Source: Eledone cirrhosa
Lineage: Eukaryota
Length of the DNA stretch: 64,000 nt
Reading direction: 5' to 3'
Assembly (NCBI GenBank): GCA_964016885.1
Contig: OZ024741.1
Span: forward strand, 364,994,001 to 365,058,000
In this document: piece by piece, positions 51,278 to 64,000 of the stretch
Position numbering within the stretch: position 1 is the first letter of the stretch
How the letters are laid out: each line of letters opens with the position of its first letter
The notes under the pieces: model-generated
What the model saw: the letters and a program-made list of their open reading frames with translations, nothing else
What the model was told of the DNA's origin: nothing
Databases searched by the model: none
Position numbers and translations under genes: made by a program

Positions 51278-51482
51278 ACACACACACACACTCACACACA
51301 CACACACACACACATACACACACACACACCCGCACACACACACATCCGCACACACGCACACGCACACGCGCACGCACACACACACCCGCACACACACACA
51401 CACACCCACACACAGCACACACACACACTCACCCACACACACACACACACATGTATGCATGTATGTATATACGTATGTATGT
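51278..51482. repeat. (CA)n-type microsatellite
   Basis: Direct reading. Confidence 0.95.
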
Positions 51483-52636
51483 GAGGTCGCTCTTCAGCGC
51501 TACTGTTAACATGTAATCCAGTACAACCTGTGCATGGTCGGGACATCAGCGACTAAACCGGCAACGCCAACAAGCTTTCTTAGTGAGTTGGGTGATTTTG
51601 GACACCTATCGAGATGAAAAACAAAACCTGTCAAAGGACGGAGGAACTCAGGAGTGTCAACGGCCATCCAGTAAAGATTTTTTTTTTTTTTTGGACGAGT
51701 GACACCAAATCTTCATTAAGACATCTCGGAGAAGGTCACTCTGATATAAAACCTGCGACTTCGTTTGCATCCAATTATGTAGATCAGTTCTACTTGTGTG
51801 GAAAATGCATTCGATGTTCGGAGAGTGGGATTGGCACCGCGCAAAGTTTTTTCTCACTTAAAAAAGCTTCAAGTACAGACATCACTTGATATGCGACATT
51901 TTTTGCATGTCCCTAGCAGGATTTAAAAGCCACGCCCGTGATGCTCATGCTTAAGTATCAATTGGTATTATTCGAAATCGAGTTGCAGCAATCATGTACA
52001 ATATGTATGTGTATGTATTTATGTGTACATGCACATATATGTGTATATATGTATGTGTTTATATATATATATATAGACAGTCGATCGACTTTCGTCAAAT
52101 CAGACCGAGGAAACAATGTTTCCATTGGTCTTTCCAATTGTTAATACTATCTATCGGTCCCATCTCCATGTAGAAGGAGCAACGTGAAATAAAGTGTCTT
52201 GCTCAAGGACATAACACATCACCTGGTCCGGGAATCGAATGCACAACCTCGCGATTGCTAATCCAATTCTCTTACCACTCAGTCACGCGCCTTCATATAC
52301 ATATATATATAAGTGTGTGTGCGTATATATATATATGTGTGTGTGTGTCAGTGTCTGTGTGTGTATTTATGTATGTCTCTATAAGTGTGGTGTATAAAGT
52401 CGATATATGTTGTGTATCTTGTTTACTAGTAACGATTTTATACTAAAACATTAAGTTATATTAGATTTCAATTTAGAATATTCTTTATTATTAGAGCGTA
52501 TTTGAATTCTATTTTCTCTAAAATCTATATAATAACGTACTGGCGTTACATGTCTGCCTCCAATTTTATTTATTTATTCATTCATTTAAATTAAATTGAT
52601 ATTTTCTGTCTTAGGCGTAAGCAAATAGCTGCACTG

Positions 52637-52637
<1 letters not shown>

Positions 52638-52667
<30 letters not shown>

Positions 52668-53045
52668 TGTATGTATGTATGTATGTATGTATGTATGTAT
52701 GTATGTATGTATGTATGTATGTATGTATGTATGTATGTATGTATGTATGTATGCATGTATGTATAGGTGCATGTATGTATGGTTGGATGTATGGGTGTAT
52801 GTATGTATGTATGGTCGGATATATGTATGTATGAGTGGATGTATATATGTATGTATGTATTTATGTATGTATGTAGGTGTGTGAATGTATGTATGCATAT
52901 ATGTATGCATCTTTGTATGTTTGGATGGATGTATGTGTTTTTATGTGGGTGTGTATGTATTTGTATGTATGTATGCATGCATGTGTATATTATGTATGTA
53001 TGTATAGATGGATGTGTTTGTATGGGTGTGTGTATGTGTGTCTGT
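52638..53045. repeat. (ATGT)n microsatellite, perfect then degenerate
   Basis: Direct reading. Confidence 0.97.
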
Positions 53046-54410
53046 GTTGCTGTAGCGGCTAGAAATAGTAGTTAAATCTAATCTTAAATTAAAGATAACA
53101 AAGCTAGAAAACATTGGATAATATATATTTGGATGGGATTAAAATGGCTGGAACACCATACTTAAAATAGCGCTGTCATGTGACTAATCATCCACAACAA
53201 TATGAACAATTACAAGCAGCTTGAATCTTGAGCTCTTTTGTTTCAATCATCTTGGTGTATTTGGGTGTTTACTTCTGTTGATGTTTACCCTTAAATCAGA
53301 GCAGATCATGCCCATCTATATCTATAGGCGTTCCTGCTATAACCATCCCAGCCTCTGAGCCACAAATGAGTTGTCCCGCCTTGTGCTTTTTCTACCGTTC
53401 TATTGGGTCGTCAAGTATGACATTTATGGAAATTTGTTTCCTTTCCTACAAATTTCTACAAATTTCATACTTGACGAATCATTACAATGGTCTCCTACAA
53501 ATTTCTACAAATTTCATACTTGACGAATCATTACAATGGTCTCTGCTCCTTAAGTCCCACTGAAACCATGTTACCACCCTTCAGGCATACTTGACTCGTT
53601 TTGTGTCTTATCATCACCAGTGTTGTGTCCAACCTCCACGCCTAGGTTTCGCACTAACCACTACGCCCAATACTTTCTATGCAGAACATATGTCCTCTGG
53701 GTCGACCTCTATGATCATGTCATTTTCAATGGAGTGGACCTTCAACCAATTTAACAGAACACCAACGGCATCGATTAATCTCGTTTTGAGGGGTTGCGAA
53801 TTTCATTGCTGCTGTCCCTTTCTACCGACATATCAAAAACAAAATGTCTAACTATTGTGTTATCTCATTTGTATGGCAGTATAGTTTGGGTGATTTGTGG
53901 GTGATTTATTTGCTATCTTGAGCAAGCAACACGACCACTTAGATGCTAAACACTTCTTTGTCTCTGTACGTGAGATTAAGACGATTGAGGGGAAGCAGTG
54001 AACATATATCGATCACTGGAATGGAATGGACTGAAACCATTGTTTTATGAATGAAAATAATTGTATTAATCAATAATCAGTAAAACGTTATATAAAATAT
54101 TTCTGTAATCATAAAGAATTTCATTTTGATATGGGGGAAGGGGAGGTAATAGTTGTAAAGTAGATAATTGTTTCTACGTTAGGCACAATGCCTGCAAATA
54201 CCCAGTGCATTACTGGTACTTTATTTTATCGACCCCGTAAGGATGAAAGGCAAAGTTAACCTTGGCGCGATTTGAACTCAGAATGGCAAGGGCCGTAACT
54301 TTATACGTCAAAGCGAAGTAGTTGTCACTATTCACTCTGACTGCAGATATACATTTAAATACATCGTATAAACACACACAGGCAAATATGTATATATATA
54401 TCTATATCGG

Positions 54411-55089
54411 TTGTGTCGTTAAATATTAATAGTTGTCGAAATGATCAGCTAAATCAAGGCAGCGACGTAGCATGTCTGCAGTTTAATGATTGAGACCAGT
54501 AAAAGAATAAAACAAAGAATAAAATAATATGTAATTCTGTACAGCAGAGATAGAAGACCAGAATATGTCAGTAGCTGTCACCTAGCTTGCAAATAGACAC
54601 ACACTCCACACACACACACACACGTGCGCGCACACACAGAAACATATATATATATATATGCGTGTGGGTCTCTACGTGTATGTATGTGAGTGCGCGCTTG
54701 TGTCGATGTGTATATATATATATATATATATAATAATATAATAATAGAAGGACGATTTTTAAGCCTTCATTACGTTAATTGATTGATGACGCGCGTTTCG
54801 CTATTGATCAGCTCAAGGTTCGATCTGTATCGATATGGCCCAACTTTTGAATCAAAAGCGCGTCGGACCTCTTCTGTTGTAATGACAGAGTGAGATACAG
54901 ATCAAATCTTGAGCTGAGCAATAGCGAAACGCACGTCACCAATCAATAAACGTAATGAAGGCTTAAGAAATTGCCTTTGTATTATTATATTATTACATTA
55001 CACTCTGTCCAGCTCTACACCTCGCCACTGACCCGAACCTAAACATCGAATGCTCACCTGGATGAACCTACTGTAACTTCACACTCCCT

Positions 55090-55124
<35 letters not shown>

Positions 55125-55555
55125 TAAAAGGAAAAGAAAATGCTGACAAATTTAACATTCACGTGACCTCTACCGACCAATCAAAATTGTTTTGACTACA
55201 AGAATTTTTGCAACACGAATTGGCGCGAAATTTATAATACTCATTCACGTGACATTCAACAACCAACCAAATCTTAATACCTCTGGAGCCACTTTTTTCA
55301 CATAAAACAGGTAGAATTTCCAAAACTGATCATATTAGAGCAAACATCACGGGCGCTCTATCTCAAAATTATTTTTGAAAGCATTAGAAATGAGCAACCG
55401 GTAAAAACTTAAAGCTAAAACTGAATACTAACCAAAACTTATTACTAATTTTTACTTATTCCTAATTAAACTATTTTTCACTGGGAAAAATTTGTCAGCA
55501 TTTTCTTTTCCTTTTACTAATATATCACAACTCGTGTGTTACACCTCTATTCTTT

Positions 55556-55616
<61 letters not shown>

Positions 55617-55760
55617 ATAATAAAATGCGGAGAGGAGGCACACGAGTTAGGATATATATATATAAAAACAGGGAGAAAGAGACGATTATGAGGAAGAGAG
55701 AGAAAAATAAAAGGAAAAAAAAAAAATTTTTCTTCCTAATAATTCTCTCTTTCTCCCTGT

Positions 55761-55791
<31 letters not shown>

Positions 55792-56066
55792 CGTATATCC
55801 ACATATCCACACACAAGCATACACACACATACACGCATACCCATTCCCCAACATGGTCGATTGAATACGCACGTTTGGTTTCTTTTTTTCTTCCCAACTT
55901 TCTTTCTCCTTTTCCCCGTTGCTTCCTCTCATGCCTCTTTACTTTCTATTCATCTTCTATTTCTAACTCTATCTTCTGACGAACGACTAGTGTCCGAAAT
56001 GTTAAAACACTCTTCCTACTATTTCAAGCGTTTAATTATTATATTTCTTCCATGTACTGTGTTGTT

Positions 56067-56114
<48 letters not shown>

Positions 56115-57911
56115 GTATCCACTGTAAGTTGTGGGGTCTATTCTGTATGAAGAACTCAGTGTAATCCATATATTGAAAATGTTGTAGGTTAAGATAAATC
56201 TCAGAAAACAATAAAACATTAAAAGGAAAACAGAGTCGTGATATAAGTTAAAACAATGAAATAAAAAAATCAAGTCATTAGAGATATACTTCACTGCTTT
56301 ACGATCGTTTCTAGATGGTGATAATACATTGTATCTATACTCAGTTATTGATCTATGTAAGTTTACAAACTATCAGATAGAGAGAATATTTACTTACATG
56401 CATATCACCAGCTGTTTTCAAAAGCAATAATAATTTTATTCAATAATAATTTTACTCAGAATTAGTATCATGCCCATATTTGGAGGTAGTTGAAGAACTA
56501 ACGAATCATTGTTTTTTTCATATGGTGTTAAGATGAAAAGTAAACACTTTAGTTGAGGTCATGACCCTTTGAAAGGAATGGTTGAAAGGTGTTAGTAGAA
56601 ATGGCATACAAATCTATCAGGAAGGAATGGGATTGTCAAACTGATAGTTGAATGTATCTTGTATAGTGAATTTAAAAGGAATGTCAAAATAAATGGGGAT
56701 TAGTGTTGTATTGAGTTTTAAGGTGAATATAAATTAATGTTATGGCTAGGGAAGATAGTATATTAAAAGATGAAAATTATAATAAGATAATGTGATATAG
56801 TAATGCGATAATATACAACTTAACCAACAGAATATAGTACGGTGTGGTAAATTGCACTCAGTATAATATAACATATACGCTCTAAAATATTACTAAGTAT
56901 GTTTATGCATAAACAATCAAACTCAGATAAGTACATGAGACTGTGCGTAAAATCTTTTCTTAAATGTGTTTGATTTAGATCCTATATATGTTTTGTTGGA
57001 GTCTGTAGTAGACACAGTGCATTTATATACTACATTATTAATCAAACAGTTTCCATTTAAGGGGCAAATGCTTCTATTTCTGCAATTACAGCCATACGTA
57101 AGATGGTTTTGTGGGGTGCCTATACTATTCTCGTTTATCCTTGAGCTATTCCTATTGTAATTAATGATAGCAGGAGAATGAAGGTTGCTTTGTGGGTGGT
57201 TTGGTGCTAGAGTTGTATTGTAATTTTGTGTTCTGTTGTTTTTGTGTTGGTGATTTGGGTGGTTGTGTTTTCTAGGTTGAAGGATTGTATTATTTGTCTT
57301 TTTACATCAAACACATTTAAGAAAAGATTTTATGCACACTCTAGTAGTTTCAACAATACTAAACAAGCAAACACCACATCTTTAGCTGAAGCGGTAAATA
57401 ATTATAAAAAGAAAAAAATAGACTTTAAGTTATCGTAGAACGCCATTCTACAAAACACTCCATATCTTGGAAACAGGAGGGAATGCGGATTATGTTCAGG
57501 AGAGATCTTGGAAATTACTAAATCTAAGGACGATTTATTAAATAAAAGACAGGAATTGATCATAGACTGTAATCACCGTATACGAAAAACATTTAAATAC
57601 TATAAACCTAATTAAATACTATAAACCTAATTAAATACTAATGCTTTTCAAAAATAATTTTGGGATAGAGCTCCCGTGATGTTTGCTCTAATATGATCAG
57701 TTTTGGAAATTCTACCTGTTTTATGTGAAAAAAGTGGCTCCAGAGGTATTAAGATTTGGTTGGTTGTTGAATGTCACGTGAATGAGTACTATAAATTTCG
57801 CGCCATTTCGCGTCAATTCGAGTTGCAAAAATGCTTGTAGTCAAAACAATTTTGATTGGTCGGTAGAGGTCACGTGAATGTTAAATTTGTCAGCATTTTC
57901 TTTTCCTTTTA

Positions 57912-57964
<53 letters not shown>

Positions 57965-58636
57965 AGGGAGTGTGAAGTTACAGTAGGTTCATCCAGGTGA
58001 GCACTCGATGTTTAGGTTCGGGTCAGTGGCGAGGTGTAGAGCTGGACAGAGTGTAATGTAATAATATAATAATACAAAGGCAATTTCTTAAGCCTTCATT
58101 ACGTTTATTGATTGGTGACACGCGTTTCGCTATTGCTCAGCTCAAGGTTTGATCTGTATCTCATTCTGTCATTACAACAGCAGAGGTCCGACGCGCTTTT
58201 GATTCAAAAGTTGGGCCACATCGATACAGATCGAACCTTGAGCTGATCAATAGCGAAACGCGCGTCATCAATCAATTAACGTAATGAAGGCTTAAAAAAT
58301 CGTCCTTTTATTATTATATTATTATATATATACAGACACCGACACAAGCGCGCACTCACATACATACACGTAGAGACCCACACGCATATATATATATATA
58401 TGTTTCTGTGTGTGCGCGCACGTGTGTGTGTGTGTGTGTGGAGTGTGTGTCTATTTGCAAGCTAGGTGACAGCTACTGACATATTCTGGTCTTCTATCTC
58501 TGCTGTACAGAATTACATATTATGTTATTCTTTGTTTTATTCTTTTACTGGTTTCAATCATTAAACTGCAGACATGCTACGTCGCTGCCTTGATTTAGCT
58601 GATCATATCGACAACTATTAATATTTAACGACACAA
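54411..58636. repeat. Large inverted duplication: arms 54411-55387 and 57638-58636 around a ~2.25-kb spacer
   Basis: Arms are reverse complements with few differences; both ends checked by eye. Confidence 0.93.
56940..57915. mobile_element. Rearranged PLE GIY-YIG region: N-part on - (56940-57300), C-part and 3'UTR on + (57305-57915)
   Basis: Minus: CNCRNRSICPLNGNCLINNVVYKCTV..KTYIGS.SNTFKKRFY; plus: SNTFKKRFYAHSSSF..CGLCSGE..LLNKRQELIIDCNHR. Confidence 0.85.
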
Positions 58637-59495
58637 GCGTGCCTGTGCAAAATATGCATACAATTCTCAATTAATTTTCCTCCTCCGGACTTGTGTCCTG
58701 TTTACTTAAGCATATTACATGTTATCTTTCTTTATCCAACTTAATGTATTGAATTTTATTTTTCCTGCTTTTAGAATCGATACAAAATAAAGTACCAGTC
58801 CTGGAGTGGGGATTGTTGGGGTTGTTAAAAACTCGAACGGGATATTTTGCGCTCTGATCCAGCTATGTGTATTCTGAGTACACATCCCGCTCCCTTCTGA
58901 CAGAGTCAGCAATGGAAAGACCAATTGAAACATAGTTTCCTCGGACCCATATGAGGAGTGGATCCTTTCATACATACACAGCAGAATGCATGTACTTTGT
59001 ATTAAAATGTTTCTTGTTTATTGCTTATTCTATAGAAAGTAAGGATTATTTCAGTGATGTGAATAACTGTGCCTTCTTACCAATTGTCTGACAAACAAGA
59101 AATCTACAATCTGTTAAAAACGTAGATGTAATGGATCACAAATATATTTTAAGTAACCCCACTTTGGTGGGTACAATTTTTCTGAAGTTTTCTGTGCCAT
59201 TGATATTATTTATCTCTGTTTCTCTCTATTTGTCTATCTGTATTTATTTATCTGTGTGTGTGTATATATATATATATAAATATTCGGCGATGAATTTGTT
59301 TTGCAAGGTTTTTTATATAAAATCGTGTCTTGAAACAAATATTGTTATATTTGAGGAAGGTCATATTGTTATAATATTCCCAGAAATAATAAGAAAACAC
59401 ACTCACTGTTTGGTTTGGATTGGTTTTCGTTTCTGTATATTTTATATTCCAATAGTTAATTTAGTTGGCAATCAATATTCATAATTGATTGACCA

Positions 59496-59792
59496 ACAGT
59501 TAAAAATATAGATATAAATATTTATATATAGTCTATCAAAGTTCTTTCATCACACATCTGTGACATCATCAGTGGTATTATTATGTTTCCTCCCGTTCTA
59601 TTGCCATGACTATTCTATTCTATTCTATTTTTTTTATTTACACTTGTCTTCATTTGCCCATGCGTTTGTGTGTTTGTTTTCTGTTTGGTGTGTGTTCGAA
59701 ACATAATAGTATCACTGATGATGTCCTCAGGTATATGATGAAAGAACTTTGATAGATTATATATCAATTTTTATATCTATATTTTTAACTGT
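59496..59792. ncRNA. ~94-bp inverted repeat with a hammerhead in each arm (59534-59577 -, 59710-59754 +)
   Basis: tatca-CTGATGA-tgtc..gat-GAAA-gaac-TT-tgata; the - copy has the better stem II (gtcaca/gatg/tgtgat). Confidence 0.75.
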
Positions 59793-59969
59793 CATATTCA
59801 AAATAGAAAAGGCTTCTACTCTGCTATGTATTGAATACCATACTTACTGTGGTTACCCCCCGATTAAACCCGGGATACACACACACACACACTTATATAA
59901 ATTAAATTAGAATTTAATTTCTCGCACAGCGGATACATAAATGTAAGTATGCATACACACACACACACA

Positions 59970-60018
<49 letters not shown>

Positions 60019-60040
60019 GTACGTATGGGTTACATCGAAT

Positions 60041-60320
60041 ATTAATAATAATGTTCGATTCGGTTGTAAACAAACGACCCGAAACTCGCTCTGTATGCAA
60101 ATAAGGCTACTCAGCCGACGTGTACTTAAGAAAATACTATATATTTTCAACCGTTCAACAGATTGGCAGAGGTATACAGTCCTGATGAAGTGTAATGACT
60201 CAGAAACATGTTGATTGTTCCTCAAAGCCAGTGTTGAACAAACAGGGGACAATCAGTCACCAGCACAGCACAGCTTCAAATCGGCCCGTTTGTTAACAAA
60301 CAAATCAAACATTATTATTA
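60041..60320 (+). mobile_element. Solo diverged relative of the 430-bp unit, bounded by ~35-bp imperfect inverted repeats; octamer at 60095-60102
   Basis: Collinear blocks ATGCAAAT.AGGCT.CTCAGCCG, CGTTCAA, GGTATAC, CAGTGTTGAACAAA, GTTTGTT.ACAAA. Confidence 0.8.
60176..60218 (+). ncRNA. Minimal type I hammerhead
   Basis: acagtc-CTGATGA-agt/gtaatg/act-ca-GAAA-catg-TT-gattgt; palindromic ACATGT. Confidence 0.78.
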
Positions 60321-60590
60321 GCGGTGGATTGGCAGTATCGGTAGAGGGTCGGACGCCATGCTTTCCAGCATAGTTACGTCCCTTTACGATCTGAGTTCAA
60401 ATCTCGCCGAGGTTGACTTTGCCTTTCATCCTTACGGATAAAATAAAGTACCAGTAATGCACTGGGTAATTTGCTGGCCTTGTGCCTAAAGTAGAAACAA
60501 TTATTAATGTTGGATATAACCCATACGTACATATGTATATGTATAGATGTGTGTGTATGTATATATATATATGTGTGTGTACATGTACAT

Positions 60591-60681
<91 letters not shown>

Positions 60682-60722
60682 TATATTTATATATGCACGT
60701 GTGCATACTTACATTTATATAT

Positions 60723-61217
60723 ATGTGCCACAGCTTGAGCTCGGTGTGGAAGTCGGACCTTCGTAAAGACCTGAAAATCCGCCTCTTCATTGCTGTAGTG
60801 GAGTCTGTGCTGCTGTACTGGTCTGAGACTTGGACATTGACCAAAAAACTCACTCAGATGGTGGATGGCTGCTACACGAGAATGCTGAGGATGGCTCTGA
60901 ACACTAATCAGTATACACTGAGGATGAAAAACTCAGAGCTGTATGGGAGCCTCCCAAAGATCAGCTCAAAAGTGACACAGAGGAGACTGAGGTTAGCTGG
61001 ACATGCTCACCGACATCCAGAGTTGACATTGCACTCAGTGCTCCTATGGGAGCCCCTACATGGACACACTGGAAGAGGAAGGCCAAGGTTAACGTATGTT
61101 GATGCCCTAAGGACAGACACTGGTCTATTGGAGACGCAGGACATGGCAGCGATAATGAGGGACTGAGACCGCTGGAGAGAACTCGTCCATAGATCTCGGG
61201 AATTTTACCCGCCCTAG
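60723..61217 (+). mobile_element. RTE-clade LINE 3' fragment in (TA)n; non-palindromic relative of 11644-12222
   Basis: [44 protein letters not shown]; premature stop at 61164-61166. Confidence 0.9.
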
Positions 61218-62044
61218 ATAGATATATATATATATATTTACATATATGTGTGTGTACGTCTGCGTATGTGTGTCTGTGTTTGTATACACAATCCATAATC
61301 GTAGAATTCTTACAATTGTAAAGAATATCTGAAATGAAGATTTTGTTTCTGAAATGGATATTCTTTGTGACAGTTATATCGCTTGCAAACATTGTCAAAT
61401 ACTAGGTCACGTATTGCAGATCAGAACGTTCCAGCTTGATCAAATCTGAAGTATCTACATATAAACAAATTACTATCCTGTGTAATAAAACACTCTCTAT
61501 AACACCTAGAAGTGTGAATAACACCACTTGCAACAAAATATATTTTATGTCTGTAGGTCAGTTTTCTTCTTCTACAACACGATCACTACGATGTGTCAAA
61601 AACGTTTTAAAAGTTACATTTAGAAGTCATAGATAATAAATGTAAGGCAAGAAAGCGGCAAGACAAATATTCGAAATGATCTGAAGTACATTCATTCATG
61701 CCACTCTCCGACTAAATGATATTAAGTTATCCAAGTGAAATACTGAACTCAATCGATCATGATAAACTTGAAATTTTATCATTTCCAAACATATGAAATG
61801 AAATTTACGACCCATATATATATATATATATTAGTATTGGTGCTCTGAAATAGCGATGTATACATGTATAAACGCAAACAAGCGAGAAACACACTGTCGA
61901 TCACTCTCCCTTTGTTTTTGCCGAAAATAAGTAAGTGAAATAGCCACTACTTTAAAACTCATAGCTGATGGTCTTCAAAATGTTTTTAATTGACATACAG
62001 TATATTGCCAAATATACTATACATACATTCACATATATATATAT

Positions 62045-62158
62045 ATAATTACAACAGTGACATAAACAAGTACTCACTTTTTTCATGAGAGGCTGAAAAA
62101 ATTGGGGCCCAGAACCGAACGAAACTTGAGTACCTGTTTATATCACTGTTGTAATTAT
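62045..62158. repeat. 32-bp inverted repeat mini-element (62045-62076/62127-62158)
   Basis: Arms are reverse complements with 2 mismatches; adjacent to (TA)n. Confidence 0.7.
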
Positions 62159-62788
62159 TTATACTAAACTAGCCCTATGGACTGAGTGCTCTTACTCTTG
62201 GATATTTCCACTTAACTTTTCCTTCAGTATATATATATATGTGTGTGTGTGCGTGTGTGCGTGTGTGTATGTGTGTGTGTGTGAGTGTGTGTGACCTTAG
62301 CTGACCTCTTAGGATGTTGCATGTCATAGAACGTTTCTTTGGAGCCTTAATGATAGGGAGCTCCAGTCCTATTATGAAAACGAACGTAAATTGAACGGTC
62401 TAGCTCATGAAGACAAAACATATGACCTTATGATCGAGAGTTCAACACCCTAACCCCTAGGCCTCATATGTTGTCATCCAGAAACGTGTATGGTCAATTA
62501 AAGTAGCCAACGGTTTCGCTAATTTAATTTCTCTTTTATTGGCCTCAGGATTGCCCATTATTTTCAAGTTACTTCGATTATCGTTCTGTTGTTTTCTTAA
62601 TTTTTCAGTTGTTCTGCTGCCAAGTAATTAAAGAAGGAATTAACCAGAGGTGGGGGGGGGGGGATAATATTTTCTACATCTTTTACTCATATATCAAAAC
62701 CATATAGAAAATCGACTACAATAATACGCCATTAGTGTTTGTATATATCAATGTCTGTAACTCTTTGGAACTTACCTGCAAATACACA

Positions 62789-62819
<31 letters not shown>

Positions 62820-64000
62820 GCACACATACTCCCTCACGCACATATCTCTCTCTATATATATACAAGGCATTTTCTATCTCAGTCAGGTTGCTACAATATG
62901 TTCACTTTCCAGCTATATTTCAACTGTAAATAGTTATTTCTCTAAAGTTACTCACATATATTTTAATCGTGCATGTAATTTGTATATAAATGCGGAAATT
63001 TATGCATTTATTTCCTAGAAATAAATTACCAAAATATTTTAAGCACTTCCACGTGTCAGAAATCAACATAAAATATAGGATATCTCTTATGCAAACCATC
63101 ATTTTATCAAATCTTAAATTTCACAGTTTGTATGATTGTTTATATATCCGTAATACTGGTATATGTGACATGTAAATCCTGGACTCCAAACATTAAGTAC
63201 ACCATTGATGGTAGATTCTCACTAGTCTTTATATAGCATATAACTATAACACTAGATAGAACATGCTAATATGAATAAAATCGCATCCTAATTAATTATG
63301 AACAAATAAAAATGAGAAATAGTTTAAAGAAAAAAAATAGATTAATATTATTTACCAAACATATCCACGAGGAGTGAAGGTGTGGGGTTTTGTAGTCTTA
63401 CTTAGGTCACAATCCTAAAGTCAGAAGTTCAATTTTCAGATGAGTGCTGCGTTGTCTTTCAGTATGACATTTTATTGCAGGTTTCACCAATCTAAACAGT
63501 TAGAAAAAATGAGTTTCAAAGACATTTGTACTAAGTTATATCGGGATTTACCTTTCTGTTGCACAATATCGGTGATGGGTGACTGCTTGTTCTTAACAGA
63601 ATACCTTCCCCAGGCATATCCCAGCACATAATCTTTCTAGGTGTGGAGCCATTGTCAATTATGATAAAAGGGAGCCAATTTATCAACGTGGAAAGGGCTT
63701 TTTTTTCAGCTATTAGACTTGAAACAGTAATCACAGAATAATAGTTAAATATATTTAAAAGTAGAATCTACTCTCAATTTTGCACTTCATTAGCAGTCTG
63801 GTAACTACTAGGCTCCATGTTAATGGAAAGATAAGTAAGTTTCCGTGATGTTAATTTATTTAAATTCATATTAAAAGTGAATTAAAGTTGTTTGGGAGAA
63901 CCATTTGGACAAATGAAAAATAAAATAAAAATAAAATGAAAAATAAATGCCTTCCAGTAGTGCCCCTTCCGTGACCAATTATGAATCCTAATGACTATCT

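Noticed and set aside
53444-53542. 49-bp tandem duplication (also small ones at ~9716-9765 and ~57592-57639)
   Set aside because: Ordinary slippage duplications.
63530-63730. Exon-like minus-strand stretch ending AAG/gtaaat, and a similar-looking stretch at 58800-58975
   Set aside because: No protein family recognised, and the most protein-like frames contain stops.

Overview
Eukaryotic, repeat-saturated, AT-rich animal DNA, most likely an octopod cephalopod (inferred from the extreme (TA)n/(CA)n/(TATC)n density and the tRNA-derived SINE types). No host gene can be supported. Contents: (1) two head-to-tail arrays (1-9430, 29501-44927) holding 12 co-oriented Tx1-clade LINE copies, each ending in GTGGC(A/T)AATAAA...(TATC)n, with every visible 5' junction also in TATC repeats; (2) Penelope-like elements (PLE; RT + GIY-YIG) with inverted pLTR segments; (3) about 18 hammerhead-ribozyme (HHR) or HHR-like motifs in small non-coding elements embedded in (TA)n. 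These include a 4 x ~430 bp retrozyme-like tandem array carrying an octamer motif, plus a diverged solo relative at 60.0-60.3 kb with compensatory base changes; (4) several fold-back palindromes centred on pre-existing small hairpins, and a ~1 kb-arm inverted duplication; (5) RTE, CRE and Tc1/mariner relics, SINEs, and a 200-N gap. All structures were read by eye, not computed.
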